From Candidatus Saccharimonadota bacterium (GTDB taxonomy: Bacteria; Patescibacteriota; Saccharimonadia; Saccharimonadales; JACOTW01): a DNA stretch of 64,000 nucleotides. The notes under the pieces were generated by a model that saw nothing but the letters and a program-made list of their open reading frames with translations, had not been told where the DNA came from and did not search any database. Below, piece by piece: positions 51,406-61,185 of this stretch. The translations under genes were made by a program, and so were the position numbers. Positions within the stretch are counted from its first letter, which is position 1, and each line of letters begins with the position of its first letter. The stretch is taken from NCBI GenBank assembly GCA_016178135.1, contig JACOTW010000003.1, positions 472 to 64,471 of the forward strand, in the 5' to 3' direction.

Positions 51406-52896
51406 ATGACGGTTATATGTTCAACAGTTCTAGCCAAAGAGCCGGATGATTTTAGAGAGCAAATGGAGCGAATTGCTACATTTGCCGAGCGTATTCAGAT
51501 TGATTTAACTGATGGTTTGTTTGCTGGTCCCAAATCAATTGATATAGATAAGGTTTGGTGGCCACATGGCGTAAAGGCCGATCTTCATCTGATGTATCAT
51601 AGGCCGGACTTGTTCATGGATAAAATAATAAAGCTTAGACCACACATGGTAATCGTTCATTCTGAAGCCGAGGGTGATTTGATTAAAATGGCTCAAAAAT
51701 TACAATCTCAAGATATTAAGTTTGGTCTGGCCTTGCTAAAAGATACGGAACCGGAAACCATTAAACCAATATTAGATAACATAGATCATGTTTTAATTTT
51801 TTCTGGCAATCTGGGTCATTTTGGAGGACACACGGATTTTAGTTTATTGAAAAAAGTCAAACGGCTTAAGAACTGGAAGCCGGAACTAGAAATTGGCTGG
51901 GACGGTGGTATTACAGATAAGAATGCTCAAAAACTTATTGATGGTGGCATTGACGTACTGAATGTTGGTGGATTTATTCAAAACAATTCCAGTCCAGAGA
52001 ATGCTTATGCTACACTAAAGACGATAGTTGGAACAGATATGAAACAAAAACTAACCATTGAAGAGCTTGAACTAAAAGCCAACGCAATCCGCGAAGACAT
52101 CATTAAGATGTTAGAAGCGGCAGGCAGTGGCCATAGTGCTGGACCTTTGGGCTTGGCTGATATTTTTACGGCTTTATATTTTGATGTCATGAAATATGAT
52201 CCAAAAAGACCTGATTGGAATGACCGAGATATTTTATTATTAAGCAATGGCCACTGCGTGCCAGTGCAGTACGCAACTATGGCGCATGCTGGTTACTTTG
52301 ATCGCAAGGAGCTGATGACACTGCGGAAGTTCGGGTCAAGATTGCAGGGTCATCCCGAACGAGAGAAATTGCCTGGACTAGAAAATACCAGCGGGCCGCT
52401 GGGTTGCGGATTGAGCCAAGCTGCTGGAATGGCATTGGCAATGCGTATGAATAAGGATCATCACCGCTGGATTTATGTGGTAATGGGTGATGGCGAGCAG
52501 GATGAGGGCAATGTTTGGGAAGCTGCCATGTTGGCCGCCAAATACAAACTGAACAACATTATTGCTATTACTGACAGAAACAACATTCAAATTGATGGAC
52601 CGACCGAAACAGTGATGCCGTTAGAAGATTTGAAAGCAAAATGGGAAGCCTTTGGTTGGCACGTTATAGAGATAGATGGTAACAATATAGATGCCGTGAT
52701 TGATGCCTGCGCTATGGGCCGGGCAATCGTAGAGAAGCCAGTGATGATTATTGCCCATACTATTCCTGGCAAAGGCGTGGATTTTATGGAATATGATTTT
52801 CATTGGCATGGCTCTCCGCCAAATCACGAACAAGCCGTGAAGGCTTTGCATGAAATTCGAACATTACAAGGCAAGATAAGGAGCGAGCATGAATAG
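51406..52896 (+). CDS. Fusion: ribulose-phosphate 3-epimerase-like TIM barrel (N-terminal ~200 aa) + transketolase N-terminal (TPP/PP-binding) half
   Basis: N-part: IQIDLTDGLFAGP…HLMYHRP…VIVHSEA…GWDGGI (Rpe-like); C-part: GSGHSAGPLGLADIFTAL…GHPE…GPLGCGLSQAAGMALA…GDGEQDEGNVWEA (TK N-half). Confidence 0.7.
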   Translation: MTVICSTVLAKEPDDFREQMERIATFAERIQIDLTDGLFAGPKSIDIDKVWWPHGVKADLHLMYHRPDLFMDKIIKLRPHMVIVHSEAEGDLIKMAQKLQSQDIKFGLALLKDTEPETIKPILDNIDHVLIFSGNLGHFGGHTDFSLLKKVKRLKNWKPELEIGWDGGITDKNAQKLIDGGIDVLNVGGFIQNNSSPENAYATLKTIVGTDMKQKLTIEELELKANAIREDIIKMLEAAGSGHSAGPLGLADIFTALYFDVMKYDPKRPDWNDRDILLLSNGHCVPVQYATMAHAGYFDRKELMTLRKFGSRLQGHPEREKLPGLENTSGPLGCGLSQAAGMALAMRMNKDHHRWIYVVMGDGEQDEGNVWEAAMLAAKYKLNNIIAITDRNNIQIDGPTETVMPLEDLKAKWEAFGWHVIEIDGNNIDAVIDACAMGRAIVEKPVMIIAHTIPGKGVDFMEYDFHWHGSPPNHEQAVKALHEIRTLQGKIRSEHE

Positions 52897-53884
52897 CGTC
52901 GTACATTTAATACCAGATACTCTTGCTAATGATATAATTTCTGAGCCAATTAGGAAGGGTTTTGGACGCGGATTATTAGCAGCTGGCAAATTAGATGAAA
53001 ATGTCGTGGCAGCTTGTGCTGACTTGGTTGAATCTACCCAAATTAGTTTGTTTGCCAATGAATTTCCTGAACGTTTTGTAGAAATTGGTGTGGCTGAACA
53101 AAACCTGGTGACGGTTGGTTCCGGTTTGGCAGCCATGGGTAAGATACCGTTTGTAAGTAGCTATGCTGCATTTAGTCCTGGTAGAAATTGGGAACAAATT
53201 AGAACAACAATTTGTCTTAATAATCGACCTGTTAAAATTGTTGGTTCACATGCCGGCATATCCGTTGGACCAGATGGTGCAACTCACCAAATGCTGGAAG
53301 ATATTGCCTTGATGCGTAGTTTGCCTAATATGGTGGTGATTGCTCCTGGCGATAGTGTGGAGTCCGAAAAAGCCACCCTAGCCATGGCTAAAGATAAGCG
53401 GCCTAATTATTTGCGCTTAGCTCGCGAAGCTTCACCTGTATTTACTACTAAAGATACGCCGTTTGAAATTGGTCGGGCATACGTTTTTGAGCCAGGTAAT
53501 GACGTAACAATAATCGCCACGGGCGTAATGACTTACCATGCGTTAGTGGCTGCCCAAAAAATATTTAAAGATGGTATAGACGTGGAAGTAATCCATTGCC
53601 CAACCATCAAGCCACTAGATACAGAGACAATTTTAAAAAGTGTTCGTAAAACTGGTGCAGTTGTAACTTGTGAAGAAGCGCAAATAAATGGCGGACTTGG
53701 TGGTGCCGTGGCTGAACTATTAGGCGAAGAATATCCGGTGCCACTGAAACGGATTGGCATAAAAGATCATTTTGGCGAATCAGGTAACGCGGCAGAACTG
53801 ATGGAGCATTTTGGTTTGACCGCTACTCATATAGCATTGGCAGCGCATGAAATTATTGAGAAAAAAGGAGCAAAACATGGATAA
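52889..53884 (+). CDS. Transketolase C-terminal half (pyrimidine-binding + C-terminal domains); split transketolase
   Basis: …VGSHAGISVGPDGATHQMLEDIALMRSLPNMVVIAPGD… Pyr-domain motifs; overlaps upstream gene by 8 nt. Confidence 0.85.
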   Translation: MNSVVHLIPDTLANDIISEPIRKGFGRGLLAAGKLDENVVAACADLVESTQISLFANEFPERFVEIGVAEQNLVTVGSGLAAMGKIPFVSSYAAFSPGRNWEQIRTTICLNNRPVKIVGSHAGISVGPDGATHQMLEDIALMRSLPNMVVIAPGDSVESEKATLAMAKDKRPNYLRLAREASPVFTTKDTPFEIGRAYVFEPGNDVTIIATGVMTYHALVAAQKIFKDGIDVEVIHCPTIKPLDTETILKSVRKTGAVVTCEEAQINGGLGGAVAELLGEEYPVPLKRIGIKDHFGESGNAAELMEHFGLTATHIALAAHEIIEKKGAKHG

Positions 53885-54908
53885 ACATAAGCTTGGAGAA
53901 ACGGCTAAATATTTAGCAAGTAAGGGTATACTGGCTGCTGATGAAAGTAACGCTAGCTGCCAAAAGCGTTTTGATGCTGTTGGAATAGAGTGTACAGAAG
54001 AGAATCGACGACTGTATCGACAGATATTGATAACTTCACCCCAGGCCAAAGAATCTTTAAGCGGTATAATTTTTTTTGACGAAACTTTTTGGCAAAAAAC
54101 CAACGAAGGTAAACCTTTTAGGGAATTCGTAGAAGAACAAGGGATTTTGCCTGGAATTAAAGTTGATGAAGGGCTTGTAGATTTGCCAGGTTTTGATGGC
54201 GAGAAAATCAGCAAGGGGCTTGATACTCTACCAGAAAGAATTAGTAAATATGCTGAAGCTGGTGCCAAGTTTGCTAAATGGCGTTCGGTAATTACCATTA
54301 GCGAAGCAATACCGACGCAAGAGTGTATTGGCGCGAACGTTTATGTACTGGCAAGATACGCGCGAATTTGTCAGGACGCCGGTATAGTCCCCATGGTAGA
54401 GCCAGAAATATTGTTTGACGGAACGCATTCAATTGAGAATTGCCAAGAGGTTATGATACGTACATTAGATGCTCTGTTTTACACTATGCGGGCTTTTCGC
54501 GTACATTTACCCGGTGCGATACTAAAAACCAGCATGATCTTGCCCGGTAAAGATTCTGGTAAACCCATTGACTATGTTGATGTTGCCGAGCGAACCGTCA
54601 AAGTTTTGCATGAACATGTGCCTGATGAACTTGGCGGTGTAGTATTTCTAAGTGGCGGGCAAACGTCTGACGATGCTTTTGCTAATCTTAGCCAAATTGT
54701 CCAAAAAGGTCCACATCCTTGGGGTATTACTTTTTCCTATTCTCGAGCTTTGCAAGACCCAGTCCTGCAAGCCTGGGCGCAGCATAGTACTACTGATCCG
54801 TCAGAACTGTTTGCCGAGCAACTTAAAAAGGCTTCGGTAGCTCATGCGGGAAAATTTAAGGCAACTAAAAAAGATGAAAGTTTCGTAAGCCATAGTCAGG
54901 ATTTATAA
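53877..54908 (+). CDS. fba: Fructose-bisphosphate aldolase, class I (eukaryotic-type glycolytic family)
   Basis: GILAADESNASCQKRFDAVGIECTEENRRLYRQ matches class-I FBA N-terminus; Schiff-base Lys region present. Confidence 0.75.
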   Translation: MDKHKLGETAKYLASKGILAADESNASCQKRFDAVGIECTEENRRLYRQILITSPQAKESLSGIIFFDETFWQKTNEGKPFREFVEEQGILPGIKVDEGLVDLPGFDGEKISKGLDTLPERISKYAEAGAKFAKWRSVITISEAIPTQECIGANVYVLARYARICQDAGIVPMVEPEILFDGTHSIENCQEVMIRTLDALFYTMRAFRVHLPGAILKTSMILPGKDSGKPIDYVDVAERTVKVLHEHVPDELGGVVFLSGGQTSDDAFANLSQIVQKGPHPWGITFSYSRALQDPVLQAWAQHSTTDPSELFAEQLKKASVAHAGKFKATKKDESFVSHSQDL

Positions 54909-55876
54909 TGTCAGATTTTATGCCAAAAATTATCTGTATAGGTGCGGCAGTTCAGGATGTTTTTTTACGGGGCAAAATCTTCTTGCCCCAACATGAGGCA
55001 GATGGTGATGTTGAAGAATTCAAACTTGGCTCTAAAAACGAAGTGGAAGAAGTCATATTTAGTACCGGCGGCGGCGCCACTAATGCTGCGGTTACGTTTG
55101 CACGCCAAGGTTTCCGGTCTTATTACATGGGAAAGGTTGGCACCGATATCGCTGGTACGGCGGTGCTTGACGCTCTTAGCAAGGATCAGGTAGATACTTC
55201 TATGACATCTGTCGTACAGGATACCGGAACGGGCTATTCGGTATTATTGCTTGCTCCAAGTGGCGAGCGGACTATTTTAACTTATCGTGGTGCCTCAACC
55301 CATTATGGAATACAGACGCAAGATTTTCATAATATAGAACCTGACTGGATTTATTTGAGCTCTTTGGATGGCAATTTCGCTGCGATGGAAGTTATTTTTG
55401 AATATGCTAACCAGCACAATATTAAGATCGCCATGAATCCAGGCACAAAAGAGCTTGAACAAGCTGATAGGTTGCGCCAATTTTTACCACAATTAACGGT
55501 TTTGAGCGTTAACAAAGAAGAGGCCAAGACACTTTTTTCAGGCAACACACTGATTGATCTGGTCAAAGCGGCTAATGCGATTGTGCCATATGTAATCGTA
55601 ACTGACGGACCCAGTGGCGAGGCGGCTGGTGATGGGGTCAAGATTATAACAGGGGGCATATATGAAGATGTACCGGTTATCGACAGGACTGGCGCCGGCG
55701 ATGCTTTTAGTAGTGGATTCGTGGCTATGATAGCAAGTGGCGAGTCGCTCGAACAGGCCGTACGTTTTGCTTGTGCCAATTCCACAGGAGTAGTCAGTGC
55801 AATAGGTGCCAAGACAGGTATTTTGCATAAAGGCGTACAACTCCACGATATGCCACTACAATCGGAAAATATCTAG
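54908..55876 (+). CDS. PfkB-family carbohydrate kinase (ribokinase/phosphofructokinase-B type)
   Basis: C-terminal DRTGAGDAFSSGF anion-hole/ATP motif; N-terminal GAAVQDVF. Confidence 0.75.
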   Translation: MSDFMPKIICIGAAVQDVFLRGKIFLPQHEADGDVEEFKLGSKNEVEEVIFSTGGGATNAAVTFARQGFRSYYMGKVGTDIAGTAVLDALSKDQVDTSMTSVVQDTGTGYSVLLLAPSGERTILTYRGASTHYGIQTQDFHNIEPDWIYLSSLDGNFAAMEVIFEYANQHNIKIAMNPGTKELEQADRLRQFLPQLTVLSVNKEEAKTLFSGNTLIDLVKAANAIVPYVIVTDGPSGEAAGDGVKIITGGIYEDVPVIDRTGAGDAFSSGFVAMIASGESLEQAVRFACANSTGVVSAIGAKTGILHKGVQLHDMPLQSENI

Positions 55877-55925
55877 TCTTATAGGCATAAGCGTGATAAA
55901 TTAAGGGTGGGTATAAAAAGTAAAT

Positions 55926-57182
55926 ATGTCGAAACATTTGAGTGAATTACTGGGCGCAACGGAGCCAATGTTTACCATTGCCCTCAAACAACTTGAGCAG
56001 GCAAGTGGTAATTTTAGCGTGGATGTTCGTTTAACGGCTGAAATTATTGGCAAAGTACACCTAAAAACTCGTGAACTTGGGCTTGATCCAAAAGATACTA
56101 CCGGCAAAGAGCTGTACCAAGCCTTATTAAATCTTGTTGAAAAACACGATGAGTTTTTGGTAAAAAGAATTGGCGGTACAAATCCAAGGGATGTGCAAGA
56201 TCTTATACCAAGAATGAAGAAGGCTATAGAAGAACTTGACGTTCCCAAAAAAGCTTGGGTCATAAAGCATAGCGTAGCTAAGCAATTATTAAAAAATATG
56301 CCACCTAGAACAGTCATGAGACACCTCGGTTATCGTTCAGTAGACTCTATGTTAAAACGCGAGAATCTGGCCGAAATATATGGCAGCCTAAGGTTCGCTG
56401 AAAGTCCGGAATGGCTTAATAAATTTATCCAAACATATAAAAAACTTAAACCGAGTGATTTTGAAACTCGTGAAATCGAGTTTGTGCAACTTGGTTCCGA
56501 GCGGTGGGGCAAACTAACAGCTGCTTTTACTCACAAAAAACTACATAACATTACTCACCTAAAAGAATTAGGCGTTATCTTGCTTTTGCCGATGCCGATG
56601 GTCGAATTGCGGGGCTTGACTATCTTCGCCTTCCCACTACTCATCCATTACATTAATGAGATTCGTCTCTATAGTACATTTTTTAAGTTTAAACAGGTTA
56701 AATCAAATTTTTCAGAGATTTTGATAGATACTCTTATAGCCGATCCGGGTAACCATACCATAATGGCTGGTCAGCAAGTTCATTGGCGAGTTATTCAGCG
56801 TTATTTTGCCCGTCTGGAAAATGAATATCATCCAGAGATTTTTGAACCACACGTACAACCAGAAGATCTTCATTGGCGCAAAGCAGAGGAAGTGCTATTC
56901 AAAATGGAGCCAGCACTACACTTTTGGTATGACATGGATTATGTGGCTGTTATGCATGCCGGGCGTCCGTTGCCTATAAGTCTACTGGATATAGCCGCGG
57001 ACTTTATAAACGACAAGCCTTACGAACAAAGAGCAATCTATCATTTTCGTGATTCGTTATGGAATGAAATATTCGTTCGCTATATGGGTCAAAAAACGCT
57101 GGAAAATCAAATTCTTAGACAGTTAGATAATGAAATGATTGCTCCAGAATCCATTGCTACCAGCTTGAGGTTTCAAAAATGA
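55926..57182 (+). CDS. Hypothetical protein (418 aa), operonic with downstream LOG-family gene
   Basis: ORF with ATGA overlap to 57179 gene; no motif recognised. Confidence 0.4.
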   Translation: MSKHLSELLGATEPMFTIALKQLEQASGNFSVDVRLTAEIIGKVHLKTRELGLDPKDTTGKELYQALLNLVEKHDEFLVKRIGGTNPRDVQDLIPRMKKAIEELDVPKKAWVIKHSVAKQLLKNMPPRTVMRHLGYRSVDSMLKRENLAEIYGSLRFAESPEWLNKFIQTYKKLKPSDFETREIEFVQLGSERWGKLTAAFTHKKLHNITHLKELGVILLLPMPMVELRGLTIFAFPLLIHYINEIRLYSTFFKFKQVKSNFSEILIDTLIADPGNHTIMAGQQVHWRVIQRYFARLENEYHPEIFEPHVQPEDLHWRKAEEVLFKMEPALHFWYDMDYVAVMHAGRPLPISLLDIAADFINDKPYEQRAIYHFRDSLWNEIFVRYMGQKTLENQILRQLDNEMIAPESIATSLRFQK

Positions 57183-57823
57183 GCCCGGAAATGCCCGGTC
57201 GCAAACACGTTATGCAATATTCCATTTGTGTTTCTGGGGCGCACAACGGGGAGACAGTCGAGAAATCAGCACTGTTAGCGGAGCGACTAGGAGAGGCAAT
57301 TGCTAAGAGAGGGCATATTTTGACAACAGGGGCAACCGTCGGGTTGCCGTATCACGCGGCTACAGGCGCCAAAAAAGCCAATGGCATAAGTATAGGTTTC
57401 TCGCCAGCTGGAAGTTTGCGGGAGCACTTGCGCAAATACCGTCTACCATATCATTGTTTTGATTTTATAAATTTTACCGGACTGAAATATGTTGGACGCG
57501 ACCTGTATCTAGTCCAATCCAGTGACGCCGTAATAACAGTCGGCGGTGGATTCGGTAGTTTGCACGAATTTACATCGGCCCTGGAATCAGGTAAGCCCTG
57601 CGGAATATTAATGGGTAGTGGCGGTACGGCCGACCTGATACCGCAGTTAATGGAAATACTGGAACCTCCGCAAAAAAACCTGGTTATTTATTCTGACAAC
57701 CCAGAAGATCTAGTCAATAAAATAATAACCATATTGAATAAAAATTACACAGACATAAGAGATCAGATTGCCCATGACGAGCACTGGTTCTTAGACACAA
57801 ACGCCAAGCAAACCAAGGGCTAA
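57179..57823 (+). CDS. LOG/TIGR00725-family Rossmann-fold nucleotide-binding protein
   Basis: VGGGFGSLHEFTSAL (PGGxGTxxE-like LOG motif), GATVGLPY. Confidence 0.55.
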   Translation: MSPEMPGRKHVMQYSICVSGAHNGETVEKSALLAERLGEAIAKRGHILTTGATVGLPYHAATGAKKANGISIGFSPAGSLREHLRKYRLPYHCFDFINFTGLKYVGRDLYLVQSSDAVITVGGGFGSLHEFTSALESGKPCGILMGSGGTADLIPQLMEILEPPQKNLVIYSDNPEDLVNKIITILNKNYTDIRDQIAHDEHWFLDTNAKQTKG

Positions 57824-57956
57824 CTTTTAGTACTTACTTCAGCTTAGGCACTCCCGCCGAACTATAGACTGCCATTGGGTGCGACCCAATAGTATCAATA
57901 TCAGTAATATGGGGTAATTTTTGTTGGGGGAGGTGAAACGAGTGTATGATTAGTAA

Positions 57957-59921
57957 ATGAGTCGATTTAGTCTTGAGTCAGATTATCAGCCTACCGGTGA
58001 TCAACCGGTAGCTATTGCTAAATTGACAAAAAATCTTGAGAAAGACGTTAAAGAGCAGGTTTTGTTAGGGGTTACGGGTTCGGGGAAAACATTTTCTATG
58101 GCCAATGTGATTCAGAACGTACAAAAACCAACACTTGTACTTAGTCATAATAAAACCTTAGCAGCGCAGTTGTATGGTGAATTTAAACGTTTCTTTCCAA
58201 ACAATGCGGTGCATTATTTTGTGAGCTATTTTGACTACTATCAGCCTGAAGCCTACATTGCCCGCTCTGATACTTTCATAGAAAAGGATTCTCAAATTAA
58301 CGAAGAAATAGATCGCTTACGGCACGCGGCAACCGATGCCCTATTAAGCCGAAAGGATGTAATAATTGTTGCTAGTGTGAGCTGTATTTATGGTATTGGC
58401 TCGGTTGAGGATTATGATAATCTTGCGGTTAATTTGAAACGAGGAGAGAGGCGCATTCGAGATAAGCTTCTTAGGCAACTTACAGACATACAGTATCGAC
58501 GCAACGATGTAGATTTTCATCGAGGCGTGTTTAGGGTACGAGGAGATGTAGTTGATGTTTTTCCGGCAGGCGAGGAAGTGGCGTATAGAATTGAATTCTT
58601 TGGTGAAGAAATTGATAAAATTACCAAAATCGATCCACTAACCGGTGAAATTATAGCCAACATTGACACGTTCAAAATATTTCCAAGTTCGCACTACGTT
58701 ACACCCCAAGAAAAATTAAAAATGGCTTTAGGTAAAATTGAACGCGAGCTTGACGAAAGGTTAAATTTGTTTAAGCAGACCGGTAAGTTGCTTGAAGCTC
58801 AACGGCTGGAACAACGTACTCGTTTTGACTTGGAAATGATGGAAGAAACTGGTTTTGTGAAAGGAATTGAAAATTATAGTCGCTATCTGACAAATCGTGA
58901 GCCTGGCGAGCAACCAGCCACTTTGTTGGACTATTTTCCGGATGATTTCTTGATGTTTGTTGACGAATCACACATGACCATTCCACAGATTCGTGGAATG
59001 TACAACGGCGATCGGGCACGCAAGGAAGTGTTAGTGGAGCATGGTTTTCGCCTCCCCAGCGCGCTGGATAATCGCCCGTTAACATTTACAGAATTCGAAA
59101 AGCACATAAATCAAGTCGTGTATGTGAGCGCAACGCCCGCACAGTATGAAATATCCCGTAGTCCAGAACCAGTTCAGCAGGTTATTAGACCGACTTGGTT
59201 GGTCGATCCGAAGATTGAAGTCCGGGCAATTGATGGGCAAATTGATGATTTAATTGGTGAAATTAGGGCAACGGTCGCCAAGCATCAACGTGTTTTGGTT
59301 ACGACTCTGACCAAAAGAATGTCCGAGGACTTGACCGAATATCTCAAGGAATTAAACATCAAAGTTACTTATTTGCACAGTGATGTGGATACGCTGGACC
59401 GGACTGACATTTTGCGTGATTTACGATTGGGGGTCTATGACGTGGTGGTTGGTATCAATTTGTTACGCGAAGGTTTGGACTTGCCAGAAGTTAGCTTGGT
59501 GGCGATTTTGGATGCTGACAAAGAAGGCTTTTTGCGAAGCGAGCAGGCACTTATACAAACAGTAGGCAGGGCGGCTAGACATCTTGATGGCAGAGTAATT
59601 ATGTACGCCGACCATATAACTGGCAGTATGCAGCGGACCCTGGATGAGACAGATCGTCGTCGTGCAATACAGCTTGCCTACAATAAGACTCACAATATTA
59701 CACCCACTGGCATATCTAAAACTGTAGAAAAAGGTATGCGACCAGATCTGCCAGAAGAAGCCAAAACAGCAAAACTTAACCTCAATAAAATTCCAAAAGA
59801 CGAGTACAAACATTTGATCAAAGACCTAACCGCCCAAATGGAACTGGCCTCCGCCAACCTAGAATTCGAAAAAGCCGCCGAACTCCGCGACATCATTGAG
59901 GATATCAAAAACAAATCTTAA
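57957..59921 (+). CDS. uvrB: Excinuclease ABC subunit B
   Basis: Walker [10 protein letters not shown], helicase motifs, beta-hairpin region, C-terminal UvrC-interaction coiled coil (…[12 protein letters not shown]…). Confidence 0.95.
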   Translation: MSRFSLESDYQPTGDQPVAIAKLTKNLEKDVKEQVLLGVTGSGKTFSMANVIQNVQKPTLVLSHNKTLAAQLYGEFKRFFPNNAVHYFVSYFDYYQPEAYIARSDTFIEKDSQINEEIDRLRHAATDALLSRKDVIIVASVSCIYGIGSVEDYDNLAVNLKRGERRIRDKLLRQLTDIQYRRNDVDFHRGVFRVRGDVVDVFPAGEEVAYRIEFFGEEIDKITKIDPLTGEIIANIDTFKIFPSSHYVTPQEKLKMALGKIERELDERLNLFKQTGKLLEAQRLEQRTRFDLEMMEETGFVKGIENYSRYLTNREPGEQPATLLDYFPDDFLMFVDESHMTIPQIRGMYNGDRARKEVLVEHGFRLPSALDNRPLTFTEFEKHINQVVYVSATPAQYEISRSPEPVQQVIRPTWLVDPKIEVRAIDGQIDDLIGEIRATVAKHQRVLVTTLTKRMSEDLTEYLKELNIKVTYLHSDVDTLDRTDILRDLRLGVYDVVVGINLLREGLDLPEVSLVAILDADKEGFLRSEQALIQTVGRAARHLDGRVIMYADHITGSMQRTLDETDRRRAIQLAYNKTHNITPTGISKTVEKGMRPDLPEEAKTAKLNLNKIPKDEYKHLIKDLTAQMELASANLEFEKAAELRDIIEDIKNKS

Positions 59922-60058
59922 AACCGTGGATTTTCTAATGCCAGATTCACTCTTACGATATCAATGCCCGAATGTACTTAGTTAGACCTTGATGATTGTA
60001 ACCCAACAGGTTTTTCTGGACGACGTCTATATTGGACGTACCGTAAAAAGAAGGTATA

Positions 60059-60205
60059 GTCCCCGCAAAACAAATTCGTGGGTTTTTGAAGCAATGATCT
60101 TTGAGCCAAAAACTGACTTTTCCCAGAGAGACATATCCTTAGATACGTTGAACGAGGAAAGGCGGTTTTGGGCCAAAGAGGGTGATTCGAAAAGTGCGGT
60201 TTTTC
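60059..60205 (+). repeat. Second copy of repeat family 2 (see 15305-15453), forming the 5' region/N-terminal leader of hicB
   Basis: ~97% identity by eye to 15305-15453. Confidence 0.85.
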
Positions 60206-60408
60206 AGGAAGAAATCGCAGGAGGATTTTCGGTATGGGTGCCTGATTTGCCTGGTTGTGCATCTCAAGGCGAAACTTTAGAAGAAGCACTCAAAAATATT
60301 AAGGAAGCCATAGAGCTTTACCTGGAAGATAGCCCAGCCACCGAAGACGCGACCGACTATAACTATAGACGTCAGTTCGTGGTGCCCGTCAGACTAGCAC
60401 ATGCCTAA
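60094..60408 (+). CDS. hicB: HicB-family antitoxin (type II TA); start uncertain, ATG 60094 lies within repeat family 2
   Basis: …GGFSVWVPDLPGCASQGETLEEALKNIKEAIELYLED… HicB/UPF0150 core. Confidence 0.7.
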   Translation: MIFEPKTDFSQRDISLDTLNEERRFWAKEGDSKSAVFQEEIAGGFSVWVPDLPGCASQGETLEEALKNIKEAIELYLEDSPATEDATDYNYRRQFVVPVRLAHA

Positions 60409-60625
60409 ACTACCTCAAGTATCCGCAGCCGACTTAACGCATGCGTTTCGTAAGATGGGTTTTGTGAAAATCGGACAAAAAGGTAGCCACATTAAAATGC
60501 GTGACACACATGGACGAACAGCGATTATCCCCAACCATAAGAGTATTAAGCCCGGTACACTGAAGAAGGGTATATTAAACCCACTTGGCATTACTGTAGA
60601 GGAACTTATAAAACATTTAAAGTAA
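60401..60625 (+). CDS. hicA: HicA-family mRNA interferase toxin
   Basis: …LTHAFRKMGFVKIGQKGSHIKMRDTHGRTAIIPNHKSIKPGTLKKGILNPLGITVEELIKHLK matches HicA (YcfA-like dsRBD fold); overlaps hicB by 8 nt. Confidence 0.8.
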   Translation: MPKLPQVSAADLTHAFRKMGFVKIGQKGSHIKMRDTHGRTAIIPNHKSIKPGTLKKGILNPLGITVEELIKHLK

Positions 60626-60815
60626 TACCGTGGTGTAATCCTATTCGCAACCTATAGCAATCCCAAAACAAAACACACATTTTGAGACGTGCCTTGACGG
60701 CCCAAAATTGTCATTCCTCATTCACAGTATCTACCGATATGCTTTGTCGCAAAACAGTCATTTTTAGTCTACCTAGGGCTCATCTAAATTTCGTCATTTC
60801 GTTATGGGATGGCTA

Positions 60816-60882
60816 TAACCGCCCAAATGGAACTAGCCTCCGCCAACCTAGAATTCGAAAAAGCCGCCGAACTCCGCGACAT
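60816..60882 (+). repeat. 67-bp direct repeat duplicating the uvrB 3' end (59827-59893; 1 mismatch), bounding the hicBA cassette; continues as a diverged alternative UvrB C-terminus (…RDIVTDIKSKL*)
   Basis: taaccgcccaaatggaact(g/a)gcctccgccaacctagaattcgaaaaagccgccgaactccgcgacat present at both positions. Confidence 0.85.
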
Positions 60883-60942
60883 TGTGACAGACATAAAATC
60901 CAAACTCTAAAAGGTATCTTGGTAGACACTTATTATATAGGC

Positions 60943-61102
60943 TGGACCTGTCGCAAAACTCCTCCATCCCCAGATCGAATTATATCGGCTGCAAACAGTT
61001 TTTCTTCTCTCAATGTAGCTACGGCTACCTCTCCGCCAGATAAAACTGTTTTCGCTCGAGATAATTCACTCTGGGAACGGACGATTTTGCGACAGGTCCA
61101 GT
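60943..61102. repeat. MITE-like palindromic repeat (orientation B)
   Basis: ctggacctgtcgcaaaactcctccatccccagatcgaattatatcggctgcaaacag…caatgtagctacggctacctc…ctgggaacggacgattttgcgacaggtccagt. Confidence 0.9.
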
Positions 61103-61185
61103 AGACATATCAGATCGAATTATATATCGGGTATACTTACGGAATTTCGGAAGTCCTGTACAGCTCTGTTATACTAGGAGAACGT

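Noticed and set aside
4487-61102. Could the many ~150-bp repeats be a CRISPR array or arrays?
   Set aside because: The units are dispersed singly (two tandem at most), are ~150 bp with internal palindromic structure, lack regular short spacers, and no cas genes are present. This is a MITE/REP-like family, not CRISPR.
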